54,859 nt of DNA, from contig RSEE01000150.1 in assembly GCA_003971905.1 (NCBI GenBank), positions 62,001 through 116,859 on the forward strand. The letters are read 5' to 3'. Source of the DNA: Moniliella sp. 'wahieum'. Its lineage: Eukaryota. Position 1 is the stretch's first letter. Each line of letters opens with the position of its first letter. This document shows positions 13,301 through 23,938 of the stretch, in pieces. Both the position numbers and the translations under genes were made by a program. The notes below the pieces were generated by a model. That model had not been told where the DNA came from. It worked only from the letters and a program-made list of their open reading frames with translations, and did not search any database.

Positions 13301-15585
13301 GGTGTTGATGGTGCCCAGAGTCAGGTTGCTGTACACTACGAGTCGTGCATTGTCAGCCATAAGTTCCTCAGTTCCGGTTCACGGCACAGCACTGCAAGAG
13401 TTATACATACCAGGTGTCGACACAATTGTTTTGATGTCCATTGCTGCGGTGAAGGGGTTGGCAATGGTGACTGAGATGTTCGTCATGTTGTTAAAATCAA
13501 TAGTGTCCGGTACTTGGAGCTGCGCTTGCACAATCAATGGCCGCGCCAGCCCGGGAAGAATGGTGTTGATTCGAATCTTCTCCAGCGACGGGTTGAGCGA
13601 AGCAATAGGAGAAGAGCTACCATACCATTAATGTACAATCGCGTGTCTAGGCCCGACAGGAACCGGTTGATGGTAAGGTACCCTGTGGGTCCCACCCGCG
13701 GATCAAACGCCGCTCGTGCCGTGATGTTGTTTGCGCCCAATCAAGATGCAGGTTGGCATCGTTACCGTGCCCAAACCACTTCGTTGACCAGTTGGAATTG
13801 CCGTACCCGTGGTCAGGTCAGGTTCGAGGGGTTCACGATGGTTACTGGAATCGAGAGTTGGAGGGCCTGCTGCGTACCCCCTACCACATTCACAGAGTTG
13901 ATAACAGTCGGTACTTGCTTAGACCTTGCAGTCCCGTAAGCCCAGACTCAACGTCAAACTTGATGGGAGAGAGGAGGATGCGCCCGACAGGCGTGTCGGT
14001 CAACGCGCGGGATGACGACAAGACGTGTAGAGGTGTTGGCGCCAAAAACAATCCTCATATTGCGTCCAGAGATGCTGCGCTGTTTGGTTTTCCCCTACTA
14101 CCAACGGGGAAGGCGGAAGGGTGATGGCCAACGCTCCCTCGGTCGCACCCGCATTCACCACGTTGAGGGAAAGAGATGAGTTGGAATGGCGCCCGACACG
14201 ACACCGACGACCGAATTGTTGTACATCAACTGGATGCTGTCCTGCGTTGAAAATGTTGAGCTGAAACCGAACGGGAGTCCGAGGATTGCTTCAGACTGTT
14301 GGACCAGGCCGTCAGCTGCCAAGGCGAGGCTTCGGAAAAGGCGATGCTGAACTCATCAATCTCAATCGACTTGATTGGGTTAATGGGCGTTATGGTCGGG
14401 AGGTACGTTGATTCGCAACGCTTTAATCCCCTGAGCGAGCCAGGAAATTTCTCCTCTCCACTCTCCAACGTCGTCGAGACACCTTGGCTACCACAGGACA
14501 ACGTCGCCATTGATATACTTGGTGAACAGATCACCAATCATATCAGCTCGGTCTGGTTGGTGTGGTGCGGCAGCAGACGGCCGACGAGAAGGATCGTGTT
14601 ATGGCCCGAGGTGACGTTGATCGGACCGGAACTGGCGCTCGTCCCAATATAGTCCTTGGTAGTACAAGTCCAACTCGAGGTACCCTAGCTGCACCGAAAA
14701 GGGCGAGGGGTTGACAAAGTCGTGAGCGCCTGAAGCGTGATGCCGCCCAAAGGGTCGTCCCGGGTAACTGAAAATCAAGCAGCTGCACCTGGTGAAAATT
14801 GTCAAACCCAGTAAAGTCCACGTACTTGCGGAACTTGTAGTTTCTTGTATGCGGGCATCAAGCCCAGCACCTCAATATGCGTCGTGTTGCACACGAGCTT
14901 CCAGGTAAACCGGGGCTGGGTAAGGAGGAACTCGGTAAATTGCTGAAACCCATCCACATCGGCAATAGCAAAGTGGGTCGTCTGGATCACCTTCCCGTGG
15001 CCACTAGCTACACTCACACGTCCTAGAGGAATGTGCCCAAGTGCAGCTCTTTCATCTCTGGAGGAGGCGTCATCCAATACACATCCAGCGGCGTGCGGAA
15101 GTAGATCGATGCAGGGAAAATGCCAGCCTTGAGGGCCTGTGTGGAACTGGGGTCAGATCTCAGGCGGCGGCTACTACTGCCTATGCAGGAGAAGGAGGGA
15201 GTCGATTGGCGCGGGAACGTACCTGTCCATATAACGAGAGGGAAAACGAAGTGTTGGTAAGCGAGGTCAAGTTGGCCTGCTCAATGTGCATTTGAACGAC
15301 ACTGAGCGTGTGGTCGCCGATGGCCCATAAGACAGGCACAAGCAAGATGACCAAGGCCACCAAGGCAATGGGAGGGAAAACACAACGAGGCAGAACCTCA
15401 GCTTCTTGCTCAGGTACTTTTTCTGGTACGGCGTGCCACGCGCGGCAAAGTACCCAATCGGTGGCCGACCCGATAATTTTTTGTCGGGACCGTCGTGTGG
15501 CCTGGGCGGCGGGCCGACGGCGGCGAAGGAGCGGCGTGGTGTCCGCGTGCGCGGTCGTCCGGGCCGTGTCCGACGCGGATGGCAT
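10337..15585 (-). CDS. Very large single-pass membrane protein with repeated DUF3712 / Tag1-like beta-rich domains; heavily frameshifted; 3' end approximate
   Basis: N-terminal TTPLL motif and one TM helix (IALVALVILLVPVLWAIG), then repeated modules such as FDNFHQVQLLDFQLPG..NPSPFSVQLGYLELDLYYQG, VRAFNGLPGV, SIAGINSFP and VFNPSNVTV. These are typical of fungal DUF3712 proteins. Intron 10805..10744 (GTGAG...TACTAAC...CAG). ATG at 15585. Confidence 0.75.
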
Positions 15586-17908
15586 TGCGAGTGCCAAGGC
15601 GTTCGGTTGCAAGGTAGGTTAGGTTGGTGGGGACTCTTGCGGTCAGCGTCAAGCCTAGCGGCCAGCAATGCCGTGCTCAACGTTCAGCTTCAGCAGGTCT
15701 GGCGGGCAGCTGCTGGACCGAAGAGCACGGAAGAGACGGATGGTTATGGTGGGGTAGCCGGTAGAGGTGCTAGGGGCCGGCGGTGCTGGCCTGTCGAGGT
15801 GTGTGGGATGGCGTGTGGGGATCGGCACACGCAAGGAATGTGTGGAGCATATAAAATCGTTATAGGACAAAAGCACAGGATATTAAATTGCAGGGGTTTC
15901 TTCCTCTCTTTTCGACTAAAACGACTCTGGTCAGCCTACCTCGGCCTCCTTCGACTGCGTCTCGGCGGGGAGGGGCCTATCGCCTCGTCTGTCGTCTGCG
16001 TCATTTCATACTCGATGGCAAGCCCCCGCACAGACCCAATCTCTCCGGCCTCAGGCCAGAGGGACCTCGGGCCTCAGACGTGGGTTCGCAACCGTTGAAA
16101 AGGAGCGAATTCACATTCAATATTCAGCATCGAGTGCGCCCCAACCTGACGAAGGGTGGTTGTGTTGGGCACGGATGCAACCGATGGACGCCTGGAGCAT
16201 GCAAGATGGCCAAACGCGGTTACAGGCCGCGTGCGCTGCGCCTGAGGCCTGAGTGTACTGAGTGTTCTCGAAGGAGCTGCCGGTATCGAGTATCCTCGTT
16301 TCGCGCGGCGTCACGCGTCACGTTGACAAATTGTGGCCGTCATGCATCGCGGTGCATGATGCGTCATGCGTGAACGATGCCGCTCATCAATTTCAAATCT
16401 CATGATCCCATCGACTCGTACACTCACTACTCAGCTGGGTGCTCATAACTCAGTACTCAGTGTACGCATCAACGACATGTTCACCAAAAGCTCATGCACA
16501 CGACTAGGACTAGTGATGACACTCGTGACTAACGGCGCTGGCGAACCCGGGGTATGGAGCATGTCTGCGTAGATCGTAGACTGAGAGATTCACCGTTACG
16601 CGTAGACCAGAAGACAGGGCGGCAAGGAAGATATGACTGGAGAGCGAAGAGGATGAAGGTGGTGGTCACGAAGTAGGAGAGAGAGAAGGAGACAGGAAAG
16701 AGGAGGCCGCGCGCACGGAACTCGCTGCGCCCTACAGTGCCCAAAGGCTCCTGGGGCACATCACTGCGTCGGATCTCTACGTCACAACCACACTTGCCCA
16801 CTTGCCCACTTTCCCACTTTCCCACTTTCACGCCCCACGCTCCACCCCCAGCTCGACAGTTCCTCGCGTCCGCGGCCATCCTCGGCGGTGCTCAGGCAAT
16901 GGCCGGTGGGTTGGGGTTGCTTGCTTCCCTCGCACTCGTTGGTGTCAAACTTGTGGAGGTGTGCCAGAGCAGGAAGGAGTTAAACGTACGTTCAACCTGG
17001 ACGTTCCAATGTTCAACGTTCAACATTGTTAGCCAGTGGTGTAACATGTAAGTCCTGGGCCTGATGCATGATGCATGATGCATGATCGACAGCCTTGTCT
17101 GTGTGACCTGTGGCATGTGAGATGTGACGTGTGATACATGTGATACGTCAGCCTATTGCGCCGAATATCCGAACCTGGAGCCGAACGTCCGACTGGTTCT
17201 TTCGGCTCGACTCTGCCGACTACGCGCTACCGACTACCGCGATCGCTAGTCAAGCTAGTCACTAGTCACTTGCTTCAGCAGTAGGTGTAGCTAGCAGTCC
17301 GCAGCCGCCGGGGTGGCAGGCGGGGGTAGCGGGTATTAGCGCTAAGCTTGGGACTTGGCCGCCTTCAATATTCAAGTGTCTGATGTGCAACACCTATTGA
17401 GTCGAGTCCCCCCAACAGTCGACGGCGTACTGCTCGCAGCGTAGGGTCACTAGGTCACTAGTTTCTGGTGCTTCTCAACACGCCGCATTGCTTGCTTGCG
17501 GGCTGAAACTGGTCTAGAACAGATCTCAGAATCTCAGAATATCAGAATCTCAGAACTCGGAGGGATCGGCACAGGAGAGAAGCTTATTGAAGCTTGAAGC
17601 TTGAAGCTTAAAGAGGGATACTGATATTCGGCCTGGACGACCACTACTAATAGCATATATGACAATGCATAAGCGGTAACCGGTAACCTGTAACCAGGGT
17701 AACCGGTAACCGGGGTAAGCCACAACCTCCGCCCTCTCCACGGCCATGCAACCAAGCCGACAGAAGGTGCGGACGTTTTTCCCCACCGTCAGAGTTAAAC
17801 GTTAAACGTTAACTGCAGTATATATAGTGCAGGCGCAAAGGACCGACGGAGTGCATTGTATAGTAGCCTGCCATCATTAATCATTCTCACCACGACCTGG
17901 GTCAAGTT

Positions 17909-18175
17909 TCATCGTTGCTCCCGCAATATGAGGTTCCTCAGTTCCTTCGTGGCAGCGCCCTTTGTCGGGATCGTTTTAGTGAAGATGTATCGCGTCAAGT
18001 CATCAACGGCGAGGAGTGCGTAGCCGTGCCCCATGCTGGTTGCCCGTGGAAGGTCTACTAGTACATCAACGTGGAGGATCTCGAACGGTCTTTGGGATCG
18101 GAGGCGATCCCGCCTCGGGTGGGGTGATGCTGTCGCTAGTGCCACCGCGCAAGCTGGGCAGACCCACTCCGAGCG
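17909..18175 (-). mobile_element. Ty1/copia-type LTR retrotransposon integrase fragment (relic)
   Basis: CPAC zinc-binding half followed by RPFEILHVDV...SMGHGYALLAVDDLTRYIFT...K, the start of the rve core. It is truncated before the rest of the DDE triad; no RT or LTR pair seen. Confidence 0.8.
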
Positions 18176-18460
18176 ACGGAGGGAGATAGCATGTTGGCTG
18201 TGATGCAAAGGCCTGCAGGTTCTGACGGTATAAGCCAGGGGAGGAGATCGATGGCTACATGGTTCAGGCGTTTGTGGGCTTTGGAGACTTGGTCCAGGGC
18301 CACGGATCCCTAACACTACCCTGTAGCTCTTCGCTCTGTCCACGCTTACTAGCAAGTGGGATAGAATGTTTAGGCGCCAAGGGGAAATTATAACAAGGTG
18401 CCAGACTATAGTACGTAGTCACAAGTGAATTGAGAAGCGCCCTCTATTGGTGCAGCAGAT

Positions 18461-19183
18461 CCTCAGCGCCCCCACCTAAGAACTCTCCTGGTCCGCGTAT
18501 GCTGCAATGGCCACATGACACGTGTCGGCGTCCACACTAGTAGGTCGCTATTGTGCAAGTGCGGTGTCATGTCCTCGCTGGAGCACATCATGTATTGCAC
18601 CCGCTCCCAGGCCAATTTTTGGTGCGTTGCATGACGCAGTGCGGGAGCCCATTCTCCAGCTCCTACGCTCATCCCCGACACCCATGTCCACAACGAACCA
18701 ATGGTGGAGGACGAGGATGGCAGGAGACAGAGGACACAGCGCACCGACTACCGCGTGATGGGGCCGGGAGCACTCGGAGGATCAGGAATGGAGATTGACC
18801 ACACGCTGCGCGACACGGGATCACTGGGGCGCAGAGGGCGTTCCGGAGGGTGGTGCATGAGAGCACCGCAACCCCCGTGGAACGCCGGGAGAAGGAGCTG
18901 CTTCGGATGCTTGAACAAGCAGAATGCGACAACAACGCCAAGTACCTTAGGCAAGAGCCCGTTTTTCCCCCTGGTTTTGACGACGCGAGGATACTACGGC
19001 ACCAAGCCGCCGGGCAAGTTGTTTGCGCATTGGAAGGAGTTGGCTACTAAGTCTCAGTGGAAATGGTTCCTCGCTCGGATGTCAACCACGTTCCTCCGTG
19101 TCCACGCGCGCTTCCTAGGGTACGGGACCGGATGGCGTGAGCCGGAGGGTCCTGATATCTTGGCGATCCCCCTGGTTCCTTGA
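18461..19183 (+). mobile_element. 5'-truncated non-LTR retrotransposon 3' end, CRE/Cnl1-like restriction-like endonuclease (RLE) domain
   Basis: Read across three frames: CKCGVMSSLEHIMYC (CCHC knuckle), LHDAV (RHD/N-like), VHNEP...RTDYRVMGPGA...EIDHT, AKY...FPLVLTTRG, LFAHWKE...LARMSTTFLRVHAR. The motif order matches the C-terminus of RLE-type non-LTR elements. Confidence 0.72.
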
Positions 19184-19488
19184 CCCTGGTGGCGCCCCCA
19201 AGTAACCCCGCAAGATGAACGGATAACGGTTAGGTTTAGACGTAGCGTTGCCCCTGTCCCAGCCTTAAGCTCTGCCAATGAAATGGACGTATCTAGTAGG
19301 TCGCTATTATGAAGCTTGAAGAAACAAAGGAATGTAAATTCAAGTGAATCACAAAAGTGGCTCGCCATTCCTGGCTCCCCAGCTCCGCCCTGCTTCCGAG
19401 CTGCTCCTGTAGAAACCCAGAACGGCGTTCAGAATTGGGATGCGAGTGACGTTGTAATCGTTGCGCATTTTCAGTCATCATTAATCAT

Positions 19489-21410
19489 TTAATCTTCATT
19501 CAAAGACTGTTTGCCGGCGAACTTGGACTTGCTCCTCAAGTATGGGCCATAGTGGTAGAGGAGCATCAAAAGCGGCGAGCACAAGCAAGTAAGGCCACCG
19601 AGTAACGAAACACCTCCTCCGATGCCTAAGTTGATGAAGAGTGGGCGACCTGCCATCACGAAACCGGCCGCTAATGAGGATCGGCAAAAGTCGTTGGCGG
19701 CGAGTAGAGAGGCTGCGTACTTGGGTACAAAAGTGGGACGTACAGCAGCATGCACTGTAGGAACAGGTAGAATCCTAGAGCGTAGATGCCGACGCCCACT
19801 AGACTAGCCATCCAATGCACTGCGGGGCGCGAGGTCCATGCAAACAAAAACAGGCCGATCGGCATCAGGAGCTCGCACCAATCGCAGGGTCCAGGCGCGC
19901 CTCGAGAGGAGAAGACCGTTCTTGTGTATCTTGGGCTCAACGTAGTAATAGATGTAGTAGATGTAGCCCGCAGCGCCCATTATCGTCGTGACAACGACGC
20001 AGAGGTAGGTGAGTCCCGTCTCGCCTAGATTGAAGTCGTACACACGGGGTAGATTAGCGGGAAGCTCTCAAAGAAACTCTGTGAAACATCGCGGCAGGAG
20101 GGGGAACAAGCAGAAGATGATCCTGGGTCAGCGGGATGGTTTTGCTCTTCACAATCCTTTCTCCTTGAACACAGTAGGACTTACGTAGTAGATAGCGTAG
20201 ACCAGCGAAACATAAGCGTTCACGAAACCGGTACCAGGGTCGAGGACAGATATCTGGACCGGGCGGATAAGCGTTGTCAAGGATAATCGCCTGCAACGAC
20301 AGCTGCTGCTGCTCAATCTCGCCCATAGAGCGCAGGTTTTTATACCGCGTAACGTTTCGGATTCTTTGGGCGCGGCGGAGAAGGATATTGGCATGACTAG
20401 TCTCGGGCAAAAGGAAGATCATGACGATCAGGACTGGCCCAGAAATCCACGTCTGAATCCACATGGGCCACCGCCACGTCTTTGCGGATGCGGCAAGCCA
20501 CCCATCACTGGTCCCAACGCCGGTCCCATACTTGCCCCAGCGACCCAGAAAGAAATTGCATATGGAAACTTGACGATGGTGAACATGTCCTGCAGCGTCG
20601 CGCCTCCCGTAGCCAGGGCAGGCGAGCCGACAAAGCCGGCGAGGAAAACGGAGCGTAAGCAACCCACCAAAGTTGGGCGCAACTGCGGTGCCGATGGTGA
20701 ACGCGATGTGCATGACGAAGGTGATGATGTAAATCCAGTTGCGGCCCAGCGAGGGGATTTCGGAGAGAGGCGAAAGAGCATAGCGCCGGCACCGTCTGGA
20801 TGCAGGATGAAAAGGGAAGACCAGGTCAATATGGAAATTCGTCATGATGCGGAGGACGCGTGTGCATCAATCAATGAATCCAGTACTTACATCCCAACAC
20901 AAAAAGGGCCAGACCCACATTGGCGGCGCTTTCGGAGACGCCATCCTCCTTCATCACTCCTATAATCGATGGGGTGTAGATGGCGGACCCGGTAGACGGT
21001 GAAAGTGTACAGGCAGATGATGCAGGTGACAACTGATTTTTCGGTCGTACTCCAGTTGTACGGGTTGGCCGGGTCGTTGGGGCCGTACCAAGTAACCAAG
21101 TTATTGGCACTGGTACACAGCTTTTCGTCCGAGGCGGTAGATTCGGAACTGGGCTGTTGGGTGGGAGAGTGCAAAGAGGTCGTTGAGGCAGGGTATTCGC
21201 AGCCCAGCGGGCGGCCCATACCAACCACAAGGATGAATCAGTACCATCGGGCTCGGCAAAAGATGTGTCGGCAGTGTATGTGGAAACCACATTGAGCGCG
21301 TCCATGCGTTCGATAGACCCACAATCAGCTTGCTGCTCGGGGTGTGGAAACAGCTTGCCGCGGCTGAGCACGCGTAGAGTCTGGCCAAAGGGCGTATCGC
21401 CGATGAGCAT
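19489..21410 (-). CDS. MFS drug:H+ antiporter, DHA1 family (Flr1/Caf5/Mdr1-like); frameshifted
   Basis: [26 protein letters not shown]-terminus, [64 protein letters not shown] and [12 protein letters not shown]. Introns 20890..20796 and 20184..20079 (GTAAGT...CAG). Confidence 0.92.
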
Positions 21411-21878
21411 GATACTGGAGACGGGGGTTGCGGGACAGAGAGAAGTCCTTTTGGGAGGGATACTGCGGTTCTTTGGAGCGGATCTGAAACGGGGGATGGA
21501 AAAGGACGTATGGGCGTTCTGGGATGCGGTAATGAGTGTCGGTGGGAGGGACTGGAGATGGCATGCTTCGATCCAACGTAGGTATGTCAGCTCGACCCCG
21601 CACACGGCGGATGCAGCCTTTCGTCGACTTGGCCTCGAACGAGACCTAAGGCCCTAAACCCTAAACACGCCCCGCGTGCCATCGATTGCCCAGGCCGACT
21701 GGGAGTCAACCGTAAGCAGCACATCGTTGTGAAAGCATCCAGCTCCCCGCTGGCAATGGGACTGAAGGACTTTGTACACCAATTAATTCTCCCGAAGCGT
21801 GCTCCAAGCATCTGTTCGATTTCTCAATTGGAGTGTGGGGCCGGCTACTTGGTCCCCGAGGTTGCTGTCGGGCATCGA

Positions 21879-21974
21879 GTACGGTTGTGTGGCTGCTAGC
21901 TGCGGGGTATATACACCAGGTACGGTTGTGTGGCTACCAGCTGCGGGGTATTATCAAGTACGTATGTGTGACTG
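21879..21974. repeat. ~41-bp period tandem repeat (2 copies plus a partial third)
   Basis: GTACGGTTGTGTGGCT(GCT/ACC)AGCTGCGGGGTAT at 21879-21910 and 21920-21951; partial copy from 21958. Confidence 0.85.
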
Positions 21975-22851
21975 TGCTACAAAAACCCCACTTGGAAGCT
22001 ATACCGACGTCCTGAGGCAACAGCTACTGTCACATGTCACATGTCACGCGTCACGGGCGAACTCGGGTTAGGCGGAGTTTACGCGCACCTTTCGCCTTCC
22101 TAACTCCGTCCCAGGTTTTGGTCAGTGGGTCAGATTCGATCTGATCGATGATCCATGATCCATTTTAGCTGACGCTGAGGGCCATGCGCTCTACCCAATA
22201 ATACAGCGCGCCCTCAGGCCTCAAGATTCAATATTCAATTCAGTTCCAACGCGGTTTAAGTCTACGTATCCGCGCGAGAACAGTCGCCTCCCACCCAGTG
22301 AATTGACAACCCCAGTTTCCTGGTTCTCCGCGTTTCCATTGTCCTTGCGATGCTATAGTAGCCCTGTGCCCGTTGATCCGACCTCTGACTCTCTGCGTTG
22401 CGCTTTTTGTGGCAACCGCAACAGTCGTCGCCCCATGCCTGTTTACCTTATACCTTTCTACTACGCTGTCCGTGCGGCAGTCTTGCCTGTGTCTTCCCTG
22501 TTTTCGCCTGTTCTCCGTTCTTCCTCTTCTGCCTTGTTCCCTTTTAATCCCTGTCTGTCAGCAATGGTTCGTGGCTTTCCCCCCACGGTCCTTGGCGTCT
22601 CCCCTACTCTCCTCGCCAATTGATCAACCCGCTGCAGTACAGGCAGCCCTCCTGTTGTTGGTTGCTCCTCCAGCCCCCGTCATCAGCTCGCAGCTCCCCC
22701 AGCCAAGTCCAGCCCCGTTTAGCGGCGTGTGATCGCGCCTACAGCCACACCGTCCCCAGTCTCAGTCCAGCTCCAATCCGGCTGCGTAGGTCCTCTCCGC
22801 TGCCTCCTCCCTGTCCTCGAGCCCGGCGGCGCACGCCCGTGATAGCTACAG

Positions 22852-22896
22852 GCCGAGCGTGACCGAGCATGGCCGAGCATGGCCGAGCATGGCCGA
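22852..22896. repeat. 10-bp tandem repeat (GCCGAGCATG)n, about 4.5 copies
   Basis: gccgagcgtgaccgagcatggccgagcatggccgagcatggccga. Confidence 0.85.
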
Positions 22897-23938
22897 CGAA
22901 GACCGAGAGGTGATGTGACCGGATCCCGATGCCAAACAAAGCGAGACGCCAAGTAAGAACAGGAGGTCTTGCTGATGGGCGATAAGGAGTAGCGGAGATG
23001 GAGGAGGAGAGGAGTGGAAGGGAAGGAAGACTAAGAGCTACGTCTGCCGGGGCTTCTAGAAGGAGGCACGTCGGACAGCCACACTTCCCTTGAACGGAGC
23101 TAGGAGTTAGCTGCTGATGGATGGAAGTGGCTGGGAGCGCCAGAGTCCGGCTATGCCCTTGGCACACTGCGCAAGTGTCCCAACAGAGGACCGACGGAGA
23201 CGGAGGACGGCCAGAGAGACAAACGTGGCAACGGTGGCCAGAGAGAGGCATGGGGGACCCTGAGCAACCGGATGCACACTTACTATCCAGCCTCCTGGTA
23301 TACATTGACCCCCCTGGCATGTCGACAAACCCGTGGGCCCGCGTGCACCAGCGTCCCCCACTGAGCCGCCCAAAAACCCAAGCCTCTGGTAATAGCCTAT
23401 GTCTCCCAGAAAGTCAGATGGACAACAGAGCTGAAAATGATAGTGGTTCAAAGACACGATGCGGGCTACTTATAAGGCTCAGGAGAGGAAGAGAAGAAAG
23501 ATGAAGAATTGACTCGGCCGCTGGGCCAGTCTGAGATGTGAGGCCTGATCGAATCCAATCGAATGCGGGTTCAGCACCTTTGATGTGTGCGAGGGGACGA
23601 AAGGTCAATGCGGCTCAGAGCAGTGATTGGCCCTCGGACCGCCCAGTCACATCCTGCCACGTCACTGTCGTGTTAAAGTACCTTGTGTCGTACCCTCCTC
23701 TTTGTCAAAGTAAGCAGCCCCGGGATCCGGGTGACAAAGTCGCCTGGCAGATACGACGAAAAAATTAGACTGGGTGGAGAGATCATCCGTTTCACTGAAT
23801 GTATAAAGTCTACTACTATATAGAGACTGTGGACTGAATCTGTGGAGACGGTAAGTAACCCATTGGCATGGATACAATCGTGGTCAGGCTGGTTGGCAAC
23901 GCCCTTGATTGCTCCTTCGTTCATCACCATATATACTA

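Noticed and set aside
17013..17812. Clustered restriction-site-like hexamers (HindIII, NsiI, SpeI, AgeI, SspI) as vector or polylinker contamination
   Set aside because: The sites are degenerate, tandemly phased and dispersed through many intergenic regions, with no vector backbone features.
23460..23900. Possible solo LTR (TATA-like elements, TG start near 23667)
   Set aside because: No second copy, no clear TG...CA ends with a TSD, and no PBS or PPT identifiable.
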